From: Prorocentrum cordatum
Taxonomy: Eukaryota
NCBI GenBank assembly: GCA_963575745.1
Contig: CAUYUJ010000206.1
Coordinates: forward strand, 62,001-116,876
Reading direction: 5' to 3'
Length of the DNA: 54,876 bases
Below, piece after piece: positions 18,016 through 28,900 of the stretch (within the stretch, counting starts at the first letter, position 1; every line of letters starts with the position of its first letter). The notes below the pieces were generated by a model that saw only the letters and a list, made by a program, of their open reading frames with translations, did not search any database and was not told the DNA's origin. The position numbers and the translations under genes are program-made.

Positions 18016-19176
18016 TGAAAGAGCGTGTTCTACCGCTGCTGGCGGAAAACCGGGGGGGGTCACTACCGTTTCGAACCCCTCCCCCCCCCCCCTCCGGAAA
18101 ACCGGGGGGGGTCACTACCGGTTCGAACCCCTCCCCCCCCCCCCCAGCTCATCATGAAAAGGGGGGGGGTCACTACCGGTTCGAACCCCCCCCCTCCCCC
18201 CCCCCCCCTCGAAAACCGGGGGGGGGTCACTACCGGTTCGAACCCCCCCCCCCTTCGAAAACCGAGTGGGGGTGCGGACAGTGGTGAGGGGATAGCGGGA
18301 CAGTGGTGGGGACAGTGGGACAGTGGGACAGTGGTGGTGACGATGGTGGTGGGGACAGTGGTGTGGGGACAATGGGAATGAGGTGGAAACAGTGGGACAG
18401 TGGAGGGTGCAATGGTGGTGGGGACAGTGGTGAAGGCGGTGGCGAGGACAGCGGTGGGACAATGGGACAGAGGTACAGTGGGAACAGTGGTGGGGACAGT
18501 GGGGACAGGGTGGGAACAGTGGGACAGCTCAGTGGGACAGCGGAGGAGTCAGTGGGACAGTGGGGACAGTGGGGATAGTCGGGCAGTGGTTGGGGCCGTG
18601 GAGACAGTGGGGAGAGTGGAACGTGGTGGGAACAGTTCCTGGGGACAGCGGGGACAGTGCGACAGTGGTGGGGGCACTGGTGGGGACAGTAGGGGCGGTG
18701 GTGGAACCAGTGGGGACAGTGGTGGTGAGGACAGTGGTGCTGGGAACACCAGTGGGAGATGTGATGCGGACGGTGGTGGGGACTGGGAGTCGTTTGGGGC
18801 GGTGAGTACGGGGGGGGGGGGGTGGGGGGGGGATCGAAACCGGTGTGACCCGGTTTTCCGGATCGGCGGGGGTGGGGGGGGGGGGGGGGCGGGGGAGGGG
18901 TTCGAACGGTAGTGACCCCTCGCGGGTAGTGACCCCTCGGTTTTCGAGAGGAGGGGGGGTGGGGGGGGGGGGGGGCGGGGGTTAGGGTGAGGGGGGGGGA
19001 TTTGACGGGAGGGAAGGGAGAGGGGGGGGGGGGAGGGTGTTTTCCCCCCCCCCAAAGGGGCCCCCCAGGGGGGGGGGATATTTTTCGGAGGGTGGGGGGG
19101 GAGGGCCCCCGGGTCCGGAGGAAAAGGGTTTTGGCAAATGTTCACCCGTAAACGGCGGTGGATCACGCTCTCCTCA
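18016..19176. mobile_element. Non-autonomous TIR element in (TA)n with subterminal repeats and an internal GGGACAGT minisatellite
   Basis: Left TGAAAGAGCGTGTTCTACCGCTG versus right reverse-complemented TGAGGAGAGCGTGATCCACCGCCG. GGGGTCACTACCGGTTCGAACCC occurs four times on the left and inverted at ~18898-18920. TA runs on both flanks. Confidence 0.7.
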
Positions 19177-19183
19177 TATATAT

Positions 19184-19223
<40 letters not shown>

Positions 19224-19880
19224 TCGACATGTTCCCAGATTCGCGCTTCCACGTGCGTCGGCAGAGCTGCGCTTGCTCTGGGCGCGCCGCACGCGTGGCC
19301 CACCTGCCCTGGAACACGCGCAATGCTATTCCGACGCCCGCGATCATGCGACATGCCAGCACTAAGTTCGAGCAAAGCGCGCGCCCGAGCGCGAACACAA
19401 TCATATGCGGTAGCAGCAGGGCAATGGCACTATTGCACACGAGCGATATGCGTTGACGATGACCATCGACGGAAGATCAAGCCACCGCCGCGCAGGAACA
19501 TGCCTCCGCGCTGTGGATTTGCAGTGTTCGGCTTCGCTCGCCCATCGCAAGCGCCGCGGTTTGCTTGGCTCGCCCGTGCAAGCTCGCCCCAGGGCGACGG
19601 GTCGGCGCGCCTCGCGGGGGAGCCGCGAGCCCCTGCAATTGCATTCGCGAGCTGCGTCGCGGGCAGCCTGTCGCTGGCATCGTCGCCCCGCGCCCCAGCT
19701 ACTGCCCGCGCTCGTCAACGGCGTCCGCGCGCCCGCTGGCGAGCAGCGCGGTCGCCCTGGCGGAGAAGCGCCCGCGCGGCGGCCCCGTCGCGCGGCGAGA
19801 GCCCTGGCGCCGCGGCGACGCAGCAAGCCCGCGCGCAGATTTGCGCAAATCAAACCTGCGCCCAGGCCCCAACGTCGCTG

Positions 19881-19966
19881 GGACCCGACCCATCTGCCCC
19901 GCAGCGCGCGGCCTCTCCGAGGCCAAGCGGGCAGACGCCGGTCGGGCCCGTGGGGGAGCACCACCC
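19881..19966 (-). repeat. 86-bp direct repeat, distal copy, hairpin-forming
   Basis: Identical to 20444-20529. Confidence 0.95.
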
Positions 19967-20068
19967 CCCCCCCACACCCCCAGGGCGGGTAGGGCGGGCC
20001 AACGACAGCTCGTGGTCACTATGGACCAGAAGTGAGGGCCCCATTGGGCACGTGAACGCAGCAGGCCG

Positions 20069-20130
20069 CTATGGGCCGCAACGAAGCCACTATGGGCCGC
20101 AAGGAAGCCACTATGGGCCGAGCGAAGCCC
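20069..20130. repeat. Three 21-bp tandem units CTATGGGCCGCAASGAAGCCA
   Basis: Units start at 20069, 20090 and 20111 (third diverged). Confidence 0.9.
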
Positions 20131-20443
20131 CCAGAGGGCGGAGGGCCGAAACCCGACACACGGCACGGTTTTTATATCCCGCCCCAGTGCCAGGCGGAGG
20201 AAGCACGGCACGGCACTGCACCCCACGACGCGAGCGGGAGGCGGAAGAGGGTCGACCAGCGCGCGGCCGACCAGCCGAGCGAGGGCGCCCCCGCGGCCAG
20301 CCGCGGGGTCGTTCACAGCGCGGGCGGATTTGTGCCAATCAATAACTTCGTTATTCCGACCCCACAAATCCTGGCGCTTGCACTCGCCTCGCACGGCCCT
20401 GGGGGGGGGGGAGGAGGAAGCCTCCCCCAGGCGCGGAGGGTGC

Positions 20444-20529
20444 GGACCCGACCCATCTGCCCCGCAGCGCGCGGCCTCTCCGAGGCCAAGCGGGCAGACG
20501 CCGGTCGGGCCCGTGGGGGAGCACCACCC
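20444..20529 (-). repeat. 86-bp direct repeat, proximal copy, 115 nt after the YR stop
   Basis: Identical to 19881-19966. Confidence 0.95.
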
Positions 20530-20644
20530 ACTGCAACGGCGCTCCCGCGGGCCTCGCCCGGCGCTGCCACCCACTGCCCCCGCGTGCCGGGGGTGCGCCC
20601 ACGTGTGTGCCGTGCAGACACGACCACCAGACTGCGCGGGGTGC

Positions 20645-21634
20645 TCAGCCATCGCCATCGTCGCTGGACGACTCTGCCAAAAGGGCTTCCGCGACCGACT
20701 GCCGCTCGAGCCGGGAAACGTTAAGGTATTTCATCCACGCGGGCTGATGCCAGCCGCCCGCGCGAAGAAGGTCGGTGACCGGTCCGCCCCTGGCAGCGAT
20801 GTCCAGCGCGTGCCCGCGCCTGAACGCGTGAGTGCCGAATGATTCCGCGTCGTGGCGCCCCATTTCGCCCAGCGCGCGGCGCAGCCGAGCACGTGCCGCG
20901 CCTGGGGACCACGCAGCCCAGATGGGCTGATGAGCGGGCTCGCCAACTAGCCAGGCCCCAAGAACGTGTACGGGACAGGTGACCGCGCACTCGTCGCACC
21001 AGCACTGCCGTGCCATCACCGAGCGGCTCTCGCGGTTCTTTCTCCTGGAGAGGTGCAGCTCGATCTTTTGATCGCCGACGACGAACGCGGAGGCCACGCA
21101 AGCCGCGGCCGCGCCATCTTCAGCCCGCACCGCGGGCAGGGCCTCCGAGGGTAGCCGAAGGAGGAATGCGTAGGCCGCCAGGCACAACATGGCGAAACGG
21201 CGACCCTCGTCACTGACGCGCAGGTGCGACACCAGACGGGCGACGTCGCGGCCCTGAAGGGCCATGCGCGCCTTCGCCTGCCAGCCCGAACGCTTCTCGA
21301 TGGCGTTCTTAGCGGCGCGAACCTCCGGGTGCCTGAAGACTTCCACGGGCCTTGCGCGCCAACTGCCGCCGCGGGCGGACGCGCGCGTTGCCGGAAGATG
21401 AGAGGCGGGCGCGCGCCGGCATGCCACGAGGCACGCCTTCTTCACGTAAGACACATAATTGCTGAAGGTCCCGGCGCACCTGAAGGTCGTGGACCACAGA
21501 AGCAGCCCCTCCAGGGTGGGCGGCAGTTCCTTCCCCCGTCGCTTTAAGACGCCCCTTGCGAATGTAACCCAGCACTCGAACCCGCTGCTGAGCGCGGGCA
21601 ATGAGCGCGGGCATGCGCCCAGGAGAGCGCTCAC
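20645..21634 (-). CDS. Tyrosine recombinase (Cre/phage-integrase fold) of the retrotransposon
   Basis: Catalytic set in order: LLRLPSE (R), RRKN (K), THAFRRG (HxxR), AGGW (W), MKYL (Y); also CWC..CAVTCPVH and an acidic tail. True start is probably upstream. Confidence 0.9.
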   Translation of the reverse strand: MSALLGACPRSLPALSSGFECWVTFARGVLKRRGKELPPTLEGLLLWSTTFRCAGTFSNYVSYVKKACLVACRRAPASHLPATRASARGGSWRARPVEVFRHPEVRAAKNAIEKRSGWQAKARMALQGRDVARLVSHLRVSDEGRRFAMLCLAAYAFLLRLPSEALPAVRAEDGAAAACVASAFVVGDQKIELHLSRRKNRESRSVMARQCWCDECAVTCPVHVLGAWLVGEPAHQPIWAAWSPGAARARLRRALGEMGRHDAESFGTHAFRRGHALDIAARGGPVTDLLRAGGWHQPAWMKYLNVSRLERQSVAEALLAESSSDDGDG

Positions 21635-22270
21635 CCGGGCCCTGCGCGCCCACGCTTTACCGGCCGCCGGGAGGTGATGAGGGCTCTGGCCCGAGCAGCT
21701 TCGGCCCGCGGCCCGCGCATGTCACGCCGACCCTCGCGCCCAGCGACTGAGAGCGCCCACCGGACCGCGGACACGGGGTCCTCCGGGGGAGCTGCATGCG
21801 CCCTGCCGCTGTCCTGGCGCCCGCGTTTAGCGCTGCGAGCGACATGCCGCAAATTCGCGCGCGCACCGTGGAGGATGACGAGACGGATACGCTCGAGGGC
21901 GACCGCGTCGCGATGTCGGTCCTGCGACGGCCGACAAGGGGGGGGGCCCGCGACGAACGCGGAACGCGCAAGCAGACCTGGGGGCAATCCCGGGCGACGG
22001 GGCGGGCGCAGGAGAAGCGCCCGCGCTGCCCCAGCCCAGCGCGGCTGGCGCGCCGCCGCGCTGGGCTGCCGCGATAGCCGCGCGGACCACCTCGCGGGCG
22101 TCGCAAGATAATGCCGCGGCGCCCCTGAAGTCTGCCAGGGTGACGCCAACAAAATCGCTCACGGCGTCGGCGCCGTTATCGGCAAGCAGCTCGGCAGCGG
22201 CGAACACAGGAAGAGGGCGTGCCTCAGGGCAAACCGCGCGAAGCTGAGCGAGCAATCCAGCCAGCGCCAT
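21635..22270 (-). pseudogene. Probable frameshifted N-terminal extension of the YR ORF (MALAGLLAQLRAVCPEARP...)
   Basis: ATG at 22270 opens a protein-like helical segment; a frame change near 21665 (and probably near the G run at ~21940) joins it to AGKAWARRARVSALLG of the YR frame. Confidence 0.5.
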
Positions 22271-22455
22271 CGCGCGAACACCGATGACATTCTCCAGGTG
22301 CGCCGACAACCAGAGATGCCCTCGCGCGCCCACAGGCGAAGCGCGACCGCGACGTGCGCGAGGGAGGACGCCAACCCCTGCCCGACCTGGCGGGCGCACC
22401 CTGACCGATGAGTGAAGGCCAGATCCATTGCACGCACGCCCAGCGCCCGAGCCGG

Positions 22456-23624
22456 TCATGGCCGGCGATGAGGAAGCCACGCGCTCGGATCGAACCAGGC
22501 ATCGTCCAGCACCGGAGGAATCCACTCCGCCCCCAAGCGATACAGCAGGGAATATGACTCGCGCGACGGCAGGACGGCGATGTTGTCCACCGACGCCACA
22601 CGCTGAACGTGCAGATTGCAATTCGCATCCAGCGCCATGCGCCAGATTGAGTGGACCAGGCAATTGTGGTCAACCTGCTTCGCCGCACCGGACCGGACGG
22701 CCCACTCGCTGCCTGAATTATCCGAAAAGATGTTCACGCATCGGCCCGACAGGAGCGGCTCAAAGGTGGCCAGGCCCAGCGCGATGCTGAGCACCTCCAG
22801 ACCGCCGATATGATTGTCGCGCCTTTCCCTGAAGAGCCGAAGCAGAGGCTCAGGCGGGGCGACATCGGTGAAGACAATGCGCCCGTCAATGAGAAGAACC
22901 GCGGCCACTCTAGCTGGATTCCCCCGCGCGTCGGAGAGCAATTGGACAGACCTGGTGTCTGGCGCCTGCCACTCCCGCGTCGTGGTGAAATTTCTGGCGA
23001 GCGCTTCGTGCACCATTGCAGGCAGACTCGCAGGTGCGCCGGGATACTAGGATGGCGCGCCCTTGCGTGCTCAAACAACGGCGGGAGCAGCGCGCGCCCG
23101 AACCGCCCGAAGGTGTGGGAGGCAGCCCAACAGAAGCGGCCTGCCAACTTTGACGCGCGCCCGCGCTCGAGCGCGCCCTCTTGAAGAGCAGCAGCGATCT
23201 CGGCGCGCCACCGGGCGCGCTTCTCCGGCAGCGGCCAGCACACGAGGCCACGCTCGTCAATCGCCACAGACAAGCCCAGGACCCCGAGCGGATTGCCGAA
23301 CAGCAGCTTACCGTCGGCCACAGCGCTCGGGCCCAGAATGAGTCTTACCAGTTCGGCGAACTGTCGCATTGCGTCGCGCAGCCCTTTCTTACGTTCGGGG
23401 CAGAAGAAGTCGTCCACATATCTGAGGACGGGGACGAAAATGACGACTGCGGCAGCGCTGACGATCGCGCGCCGATTGCGCTCGTTGTGAACGGAGGAAG
23501 TCGCTCCGAATGGGGCGGCGAAGTGCTGAGCCACGTAGACGCATGTGCCCACGAGGAACGCGACCCATTCGAGGGCGCGATGTTCCGGCAACAGCGGCAC
23601 GCGCCGGAACGCGGCGTCTATGTC
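22456..23624 (-). pseudogene. Reverse transcriptase-RNase H (pol) of the YR retrotransposon, 5'-truncated by the gap, frameshift near 23015
   Basis: RT motifs DIDAAFRRVPL, APFG, YVDD (23409-23420), K..VLG, SKLAG; RNase H motifs SDA, LEVL, FSDN, VASVDNIA (last expected Asp reads Val). Confidence 0.9.
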
Positions 23625-23724
23625 NNNNNNNNNNNNNNNNNNNNNNNNNNNNNNNNNNNNNNNNNNNNNNNNNNNNNNNNNNNNNNNNNNNNNNNNNNNN
23701 NNNNNNNNNNNNNNNNNNNNNNNN
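23625..23724. other. Assembly gap (100 N)
   Basis: N run. Confidence 1.
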
Positions 23725-25072
23725 AGACGCTCCAAGATGTTTCAAGGCGGCCCCCAGGGGCCACAAGATGCCCCAGTGGAACTCCCAAAGGCCCTCCCAA
23801 ATGACCCCAGAGAGCCACAAGCGCAAAAGCCATTCAGGTTTCTCCATATCCAGTAAATCTCACGCTCGTCTCCTTCGGATGGCTTCGGGAGAGCTTCACA
23901 TGGCGCCGAGGCTCGAAACGGCCCCACAATTTCGAAGAAGAGCCCAAGAGGGGCCCAAGCGGGCCCTAAGGCCTTCAAGGTAGCCCAAACAGGAAGATCC
24001 ACAAGAGACCCGTACATTTCAAGCCAGCCCATTTCATATTGAATATATTCCCACGCCGGCCCTGAACAGCTCGAAGCCCCCGCATCATCTCAAGCAAGAG
24101 GAGGCCGTCGATAAGAACGAGAAACGAAAAGCGAGGACAACCGAGAGAGTCTGGAGGGCTAACGAGGAAGGACGTATAAGGAATATTGGAGAACGAGGTA
24201 AGGCAAGGTTTGGAATGAGCCTGTCCGAAAAGCACGCGCAGCTAACAACGTCATGGCATGCGCTAGAACCCAAGCGCGCGCGATAAAAGTAAATACCGCC
24301 CCCCCCGGCCCCAGGTCCCACACCTCCCCGCCACATCTCGGGGACGCTCCCAGAACCGCTCCCCCAGCCTTTCCGGGGAGCCTCCACAGCGTCCCAGGAG
24401 GGCCCAAGACGCCTCCCAGAAGCCACCAGAATTCGAAAGAATGGTCCAAGACGCTCCCGAGCAGCCCAAGTCAGCCTTCCGACGGCTCGAGGCTCCCAGG
24501 TGGCCTCCAAGGGACCTCAAGAGAGGTCCGAGAGGCGTCCCGGGACGGCCCGAAGAGGCCAAAATCGTAGATGTTTTTTTCCATGTGTTTAGCTTCTCTT
24601 GTTTTCGAGCTTCCAATGGTCCAAGAGCGCAGAAAAGCCTCCCAAAACCGCTCCAAGACCACCCAAGAGACCCTCAGGACGGCCCCAAGACGGGCGCTCG
24701 GAGGGGTCGCTCTCGAAGCTCGGGGGTAGCGGCGGGGTGGACTGGCCCGGGGGGGAGCAGCGGCCCCCCCGGACGCCCCCCTCCTCGCCGGTCGGGGCCC
24801 CCAGCGAGCGCGTGTGATGGGATAATTTCCCACCACCACCACCACCAGAACCTGGAGGGGGGAAGGGAGGAAGAAGAAGAGGGGGAGGAAGAAGAAGAAG
24901 AAGAAGGAGAAGAAGAAGAGGGGGAGGAGGACCCCCCTCCCCCCCTCCAACTCATGGTGGTGGTGGAAAACAGGCCCATCAGCGTGGGCTCCCCGCGGGG
25001 AGCCCATCGCCGAGGCAGCGCCGACTCCAGGGTACTTGGCTCCATCCCTGAGCCAGTCCCTTCCATTCTGCT

Positions 25073-25459
25073 CCCCTCAGAGTCAAGGAGCACGAACTAA
25101 AGTTAGCATGCACGTCTCGGAGTCGTCACATCTTGAGTGCTCGTCCTCCCGACCTGCCCCTCAGATCTGGTATGGCCAGGACCCCAGGTGAGGGGACCCA
25201 GTTAGTGATAGGGCCCCGGAGCCTTTGAGGTGGCCAGGATCACTAGACCCCGTTTGCCATAGCTGGTGCTTTTTCGGGTGGCGGCAGTTCCGGTCAGTGG
25301 AAGTGGGACGGGGGGGCGCCCCCGGTACAACTCACTAAACCAGGTTCCGCTAAACCCAGTTCTGCCAACCCCCGATCAGAGTCCAGGAGCAGGAACCAAA
25401 GTTAGCATGTGCGTCTCGGAGTCGTCACATCTTGCGTGTTCGTCCTCCCGACCTGCCCC
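25073..25459. repeat. ~88-bp imperfect direct repeat (about 25073-25160 and 25371-25459)
   Basis: cagagtc.aggagca.gaac.aaagttagcatg..cgtctcggagtcgtcacatcttg.gtg.tcgtcctcccgacctgcccc occurs twice. Confidence 0.85.
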
Positions 25460-25804
25460 GGCGTCGAGCCCTCGCGAGGCAGCGTTGGGCCAGGCACGCG
25501 CAGAGGCCGGGCGAGTCCGGCGAGCAGCATGCGCGGGTTGCTGGATCGCTGCGATTTTAACTGTGCCTCCGCTGCTGGAGGCGCTCGGGCTGTAAGGCAT
25601 GGAAGACCAACATGCCACAGCATTCCGCAGTGAGCGGTCTCCGGCGCCGACGCCAGCCTGGCGATGCTACGCGAAGGAGCGGGCCCACATACAGGGGTCC
25701 CGCCAGCACCTGCTGGCGTGCCTGGATTGCGTTGATCTGGTTGCGCCCGCCTCTCCCGGGAGCCGCGCACCAAAGGCCATGCCTGCGTGAAGCCGACCCA
25801 CCAT

Positions 25805-25965
25805 ACGGTCGGACCGAGGTATAAGATCGAGGTCGGTTCGGAGAGGGTACCGGAATGTGTTCCGTATTTGTTGGATGTTTTTGTGCATGTTAGGGGATGG
25901 CATCCTCGAATGTTCTTCGGTTTGGCCGGCGGAGGGTACCATTTTCTTGGAGGATGTTCTTCTGC
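25805..25965 (+). repeat. Dispersed repeat family 'GGACCGAGG..AAGATCGAGGTCGGTTCGG', copy 1 of 4
   Basis: Related copies at ~44305-44480, ~45050-45430 and ~53735-54300 (the last split by (CCT)n). Confidence 0.75.
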
Positions 25966-26016
25966 CCCGCTGCGAGTTCGACTCATCGTCGGTCGTCGTC
26001 GTGATCGTCTTCATCG

Positions 26017-26237
26017 ACCTCCTCCTCCTCCTCCTCCTCCTCCTCCTCCTCCTCCTCCTCCTCCTCCTCCCCTCCTCCACCTCCTTCCTCCTCCTCTCCT
26101 CCTCCTCCTCCTCCTCCTCCTCCTCCTCCCACCTCCTCCTCCTCCTCCTCCTTCCGCTCCTCCTCCTCCTCCTCCTCCTCCTCCTCCTCCGCCTCCTCTT
26201 CCTCCTCCCGCCTCCTCCTCCTCCTCCTCCTCCTCCT
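26017..26237. repeat. (CCT)n microsatellite
   Basis: Direct reading. Confidence 0.95.
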
Positions 26238-26454
26238 GCTGTCGCGCAGGGGCGTGCCCGAGCGACGACCCTCCCGAGGTCTGGCATCCGCCGAGCCAGC
26301 GCGCCACCAGCGCAGAAAGCGTCATTGCCGGTCATGGGCGGGTGCCCGCGGAGGGCCTGCGCGCGCCTGGCGTGCCACGGGCGGGCGCACGCGTGGCTCC
26401 GAGCTGGGGGCTTTGCTCCGCTCCAGGGCACCCGAGTGGGGTCCGAGTAGGTGT

Positions 26455-26640
26455 GATGGGGTCTGAGGACCGAGCCGCATCGCTGATGCTCGGGGATGCG
26501 GCCCGATGTGGAGAGCCCGCTGTTCTGCGCGGGCGTCGCCGATGCATCTCTGGTTCAGAGGAGGAGGAGGAGGAGGAGGAGGAGGAGGAGGAGGATGAGG
26601 AGGAGGAGGAGACATAGCGGCGCGATCCTCCGGCCCCATC
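26455..26640. mobile_element. Diverged copy of the GATGGGGTC MITE with a (GAG)n tract
   Basis: gatggggtctgaggacc ... gatcctccggccccatc; interior resembles 54559-54764. Confidence 0.6.
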
Positions 26641-27474
26641 GGCTCGAATCACACCTGGGGGGCCTCCATCCCCGGGGCGCAGCTCGAGCCGAGACGGCTG
26701 GAGCCAGGGTGGCTGCCAGGGAGGGGGGGATCACGCCTGAGCTGTACGGCGTGCACGGCAGCTTCGTGTCGTGTCGACGCGACTGTGACCCCGCCGCGGG
26801 CGTTCAAGGTTGAGCGCCGCTGATGGCCCAGGATCGGCCAGTGTGAAACAATCTTGCGATCGGAAAATCGCCGATCGTTCGAGGTTGAACATCCACGCGG
26901 TGCCAGAAACCAACGCCGGGGCCCGTAAGGCTTATGGCGCGATGCGCATTGGCGTGTTCACACGTTGGGGTGTCACACGTCACACAAGGGTACCCTGACA
27001 AGCTCGAGTAGACATGGCCTTTCCCTGTCGCCATGCGCTGGTTCGTTCTTGTTGCCACGCTCCGGTATTTTCCAGGCTTTAGACGCGCCATCTTGCTGAC
27101 ACGGCTGGAGCAGTGCGGTCCGAAAACAGTGAGGGGCAGGGAGGTGTCATGTGTTTGAGATTATACGCACGATGTTGCAGCTTAATTGTTACATACTAGA
27201 TGTTGCGCCCTGTTGCGAAACATATTGATAAATCATGACTTCTGGCGTCGACTTGGCATAGCCAGGCAAGCCACGAAGTCCGAGAGTAGGCCTGGTTTAG
27301 CGCACGCGTGTAGTACATGCCCAGAGTGTTTACGAGGTTCTCCGCCGAATCGATGTGCCGCCTTCCGGGATGGCAGCCGCTCAACTATCCGATAACAATC
27401 ACAATATAATGAGCAATGCGAGGCCATGCGACATCGTCGTTGCATGTGGTAGATGCACTTGAGCTGTGGGAGTT

Positions 27475-27725
27475 CTCTCACTCTCGTTCTTTGTCTCTCT
27501 TTCCCCCCGTCTCTCTTTCTCTCTTCCTCTCTCTCTCTCTCGCTCTCTCTCTCAGTCTCTGAAATTCAGTTGAGAGTAAAGGAGGAGGGGGATAAGGAGG
27601 AGGAGGAGGAGGCGGCGGTGTCGGGACTCCGTTTGTGCGCAGCTTTCCTTCTCTCTTTCTCTCTCTATCTCTCTCTCTCTCTCTCTTTGTATCCCTCTCT
27701 CTCTCTTTCCCCCCATCTCGCTCTG

Positions 27726-27769
<44 letters not shown>

Positions 27770-28637
27770 CCTCTCTCTCTCTCTTCTATGTATATGCGAG
27801 TATGCTTACATGCGCGTCCCTCTCTGCACGGGCAGCTGTTGGCAGCATGGCCAATCGGGCTCTCCGATGCTGCACTGCGACCCAGCGCGGTGCTGCTGCG
27901 GAGACGGGGGGGCGAGCCTCCATGCACTCCAAGGACCGCGGGGAAGAGGGGGGAGAAGCGAGGAGGAGAAGGAAGAGGAGCAGGAGGAGGACGAGGTTAA
28001 GGGGGGGAGGCGAGGAGATGAGGGGGGAGACGCGAAGAGGAGGAAGTGGCTTCGATGTCGGTTCAAGGTGTCTCGAAACGGCCCCAGCTGGAGGCCGTTG
28101 CGGGGGAGCGTGGTGGACACGTCGGATGTGTGTGTGTGTGTGTGTGTGTGCGTGTTTGCGTTTTTGAGTGCTTGCGTGTTTTTGTGTTTATGTGTGTTTA
28201 TGTGTGTTTGTGTGTTTGTGTTTGTGTGTGTATGTGGTGTGTGTGTGTGTGTCTGTGTGGTGTGTGTGTGTGGTGTGTGTCCGTGTGTGTGTGGTGTCTG
28301 TGTGTGGTGTCTGTGTGTCTGTGTGTCTGTGTGTGTGTGTGTCCGTGTGTGTGTGTCTCTGTGTGTGTGGGTGTGTGCCTGTGTGTCGATGTGTCTGTGT
28401 GTGTCTGTGTCTGTGTCTGTGTGTGTCTGTGTCTGTCTGTGTCTGTCTGTGTGTGTGCCTGTGTGCGTCTGTGTGTGTCTGTGTGTGTGTGTCTGTGTGC
28501 GTCCGTGTGTGTCTGTGTGTGTGTGTGTGTGTGTCTGTCTGTCTATGTCTCTGTGTATCTCTGTGGGTTTCTGTGTGTCTCTGTGGGTGTCTGTGTGTCT
28601 CTGTGTGTCTCTGTGTGTCTGTGTGTGTCGGCGTGTG
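27475..28637. repeat. (CT)n, (GAG)n and degenerate (GT)n tracts
   Basis: Direct reading; explains the 515-aa Cys/Val ORF. Confidence 0.93.
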
Positions 28638-28747
28638 GGCGGCAGTGTATTCCGTCAATTGTTTGCTGGTGTTCTTGAAGCAGCTTGTCTGTACGGGCCT
28701 GAAGTGAGGTCCTCCAGATCCGGAATCGGTGGTCCGTACGGTCTCTT

Positions 28748-28900
28748 GCATGGTATTCCGTATGGTATCCGCCTGTTCTCTTTGCATGGTCCCCCATATG
28801 TTCCTTCGCACATTCTCCAGTACGTTCTCCCGCATGTTCTCCTGTATGTCATCCCGTATGTTATCCAGCATGTTTTCCCGTACGGTTTCAAGTACGTACA
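28748..28900. repeat. Degenerate 12-bp minisatellite (CATGTTMTCCMG-like)
   Basis: catggtattccg tatggtatccgc ... catgttctcctg tatgtcatcccg tatgttatccag catgttttcccg. Confidence 0.7.

Larger units (their letters stand above)
19881..23624 (-). mobile_element. Tyrosine-recombinase retrotransposon (DIRS order, PAT/Ngaro-like layout); 5' part lost in the assembly gap; 3' end at 19881 or as far as ~19221
   Basis: RT, RNase H and YR in that order on one strand, followed by two identical 86-bp direct repeats. Confidence 0.88.

Noticed and set aside
18290..18790. Telomeric repeat
   Set aside because: The unit is GGGACAGT-based, not TTTAGGG, and is internal to a TIR element.
23625..24000. Continuation of RT or gag across the gap
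   Set aside because: Sequence after the Ns is the CCAAGA repeat family; ORFs spanning the Ns are artefacts.
26700..27470. Gene in unique sequence
   Set aside because: Only short ORFs with no recognisable motif; cannot be supported.
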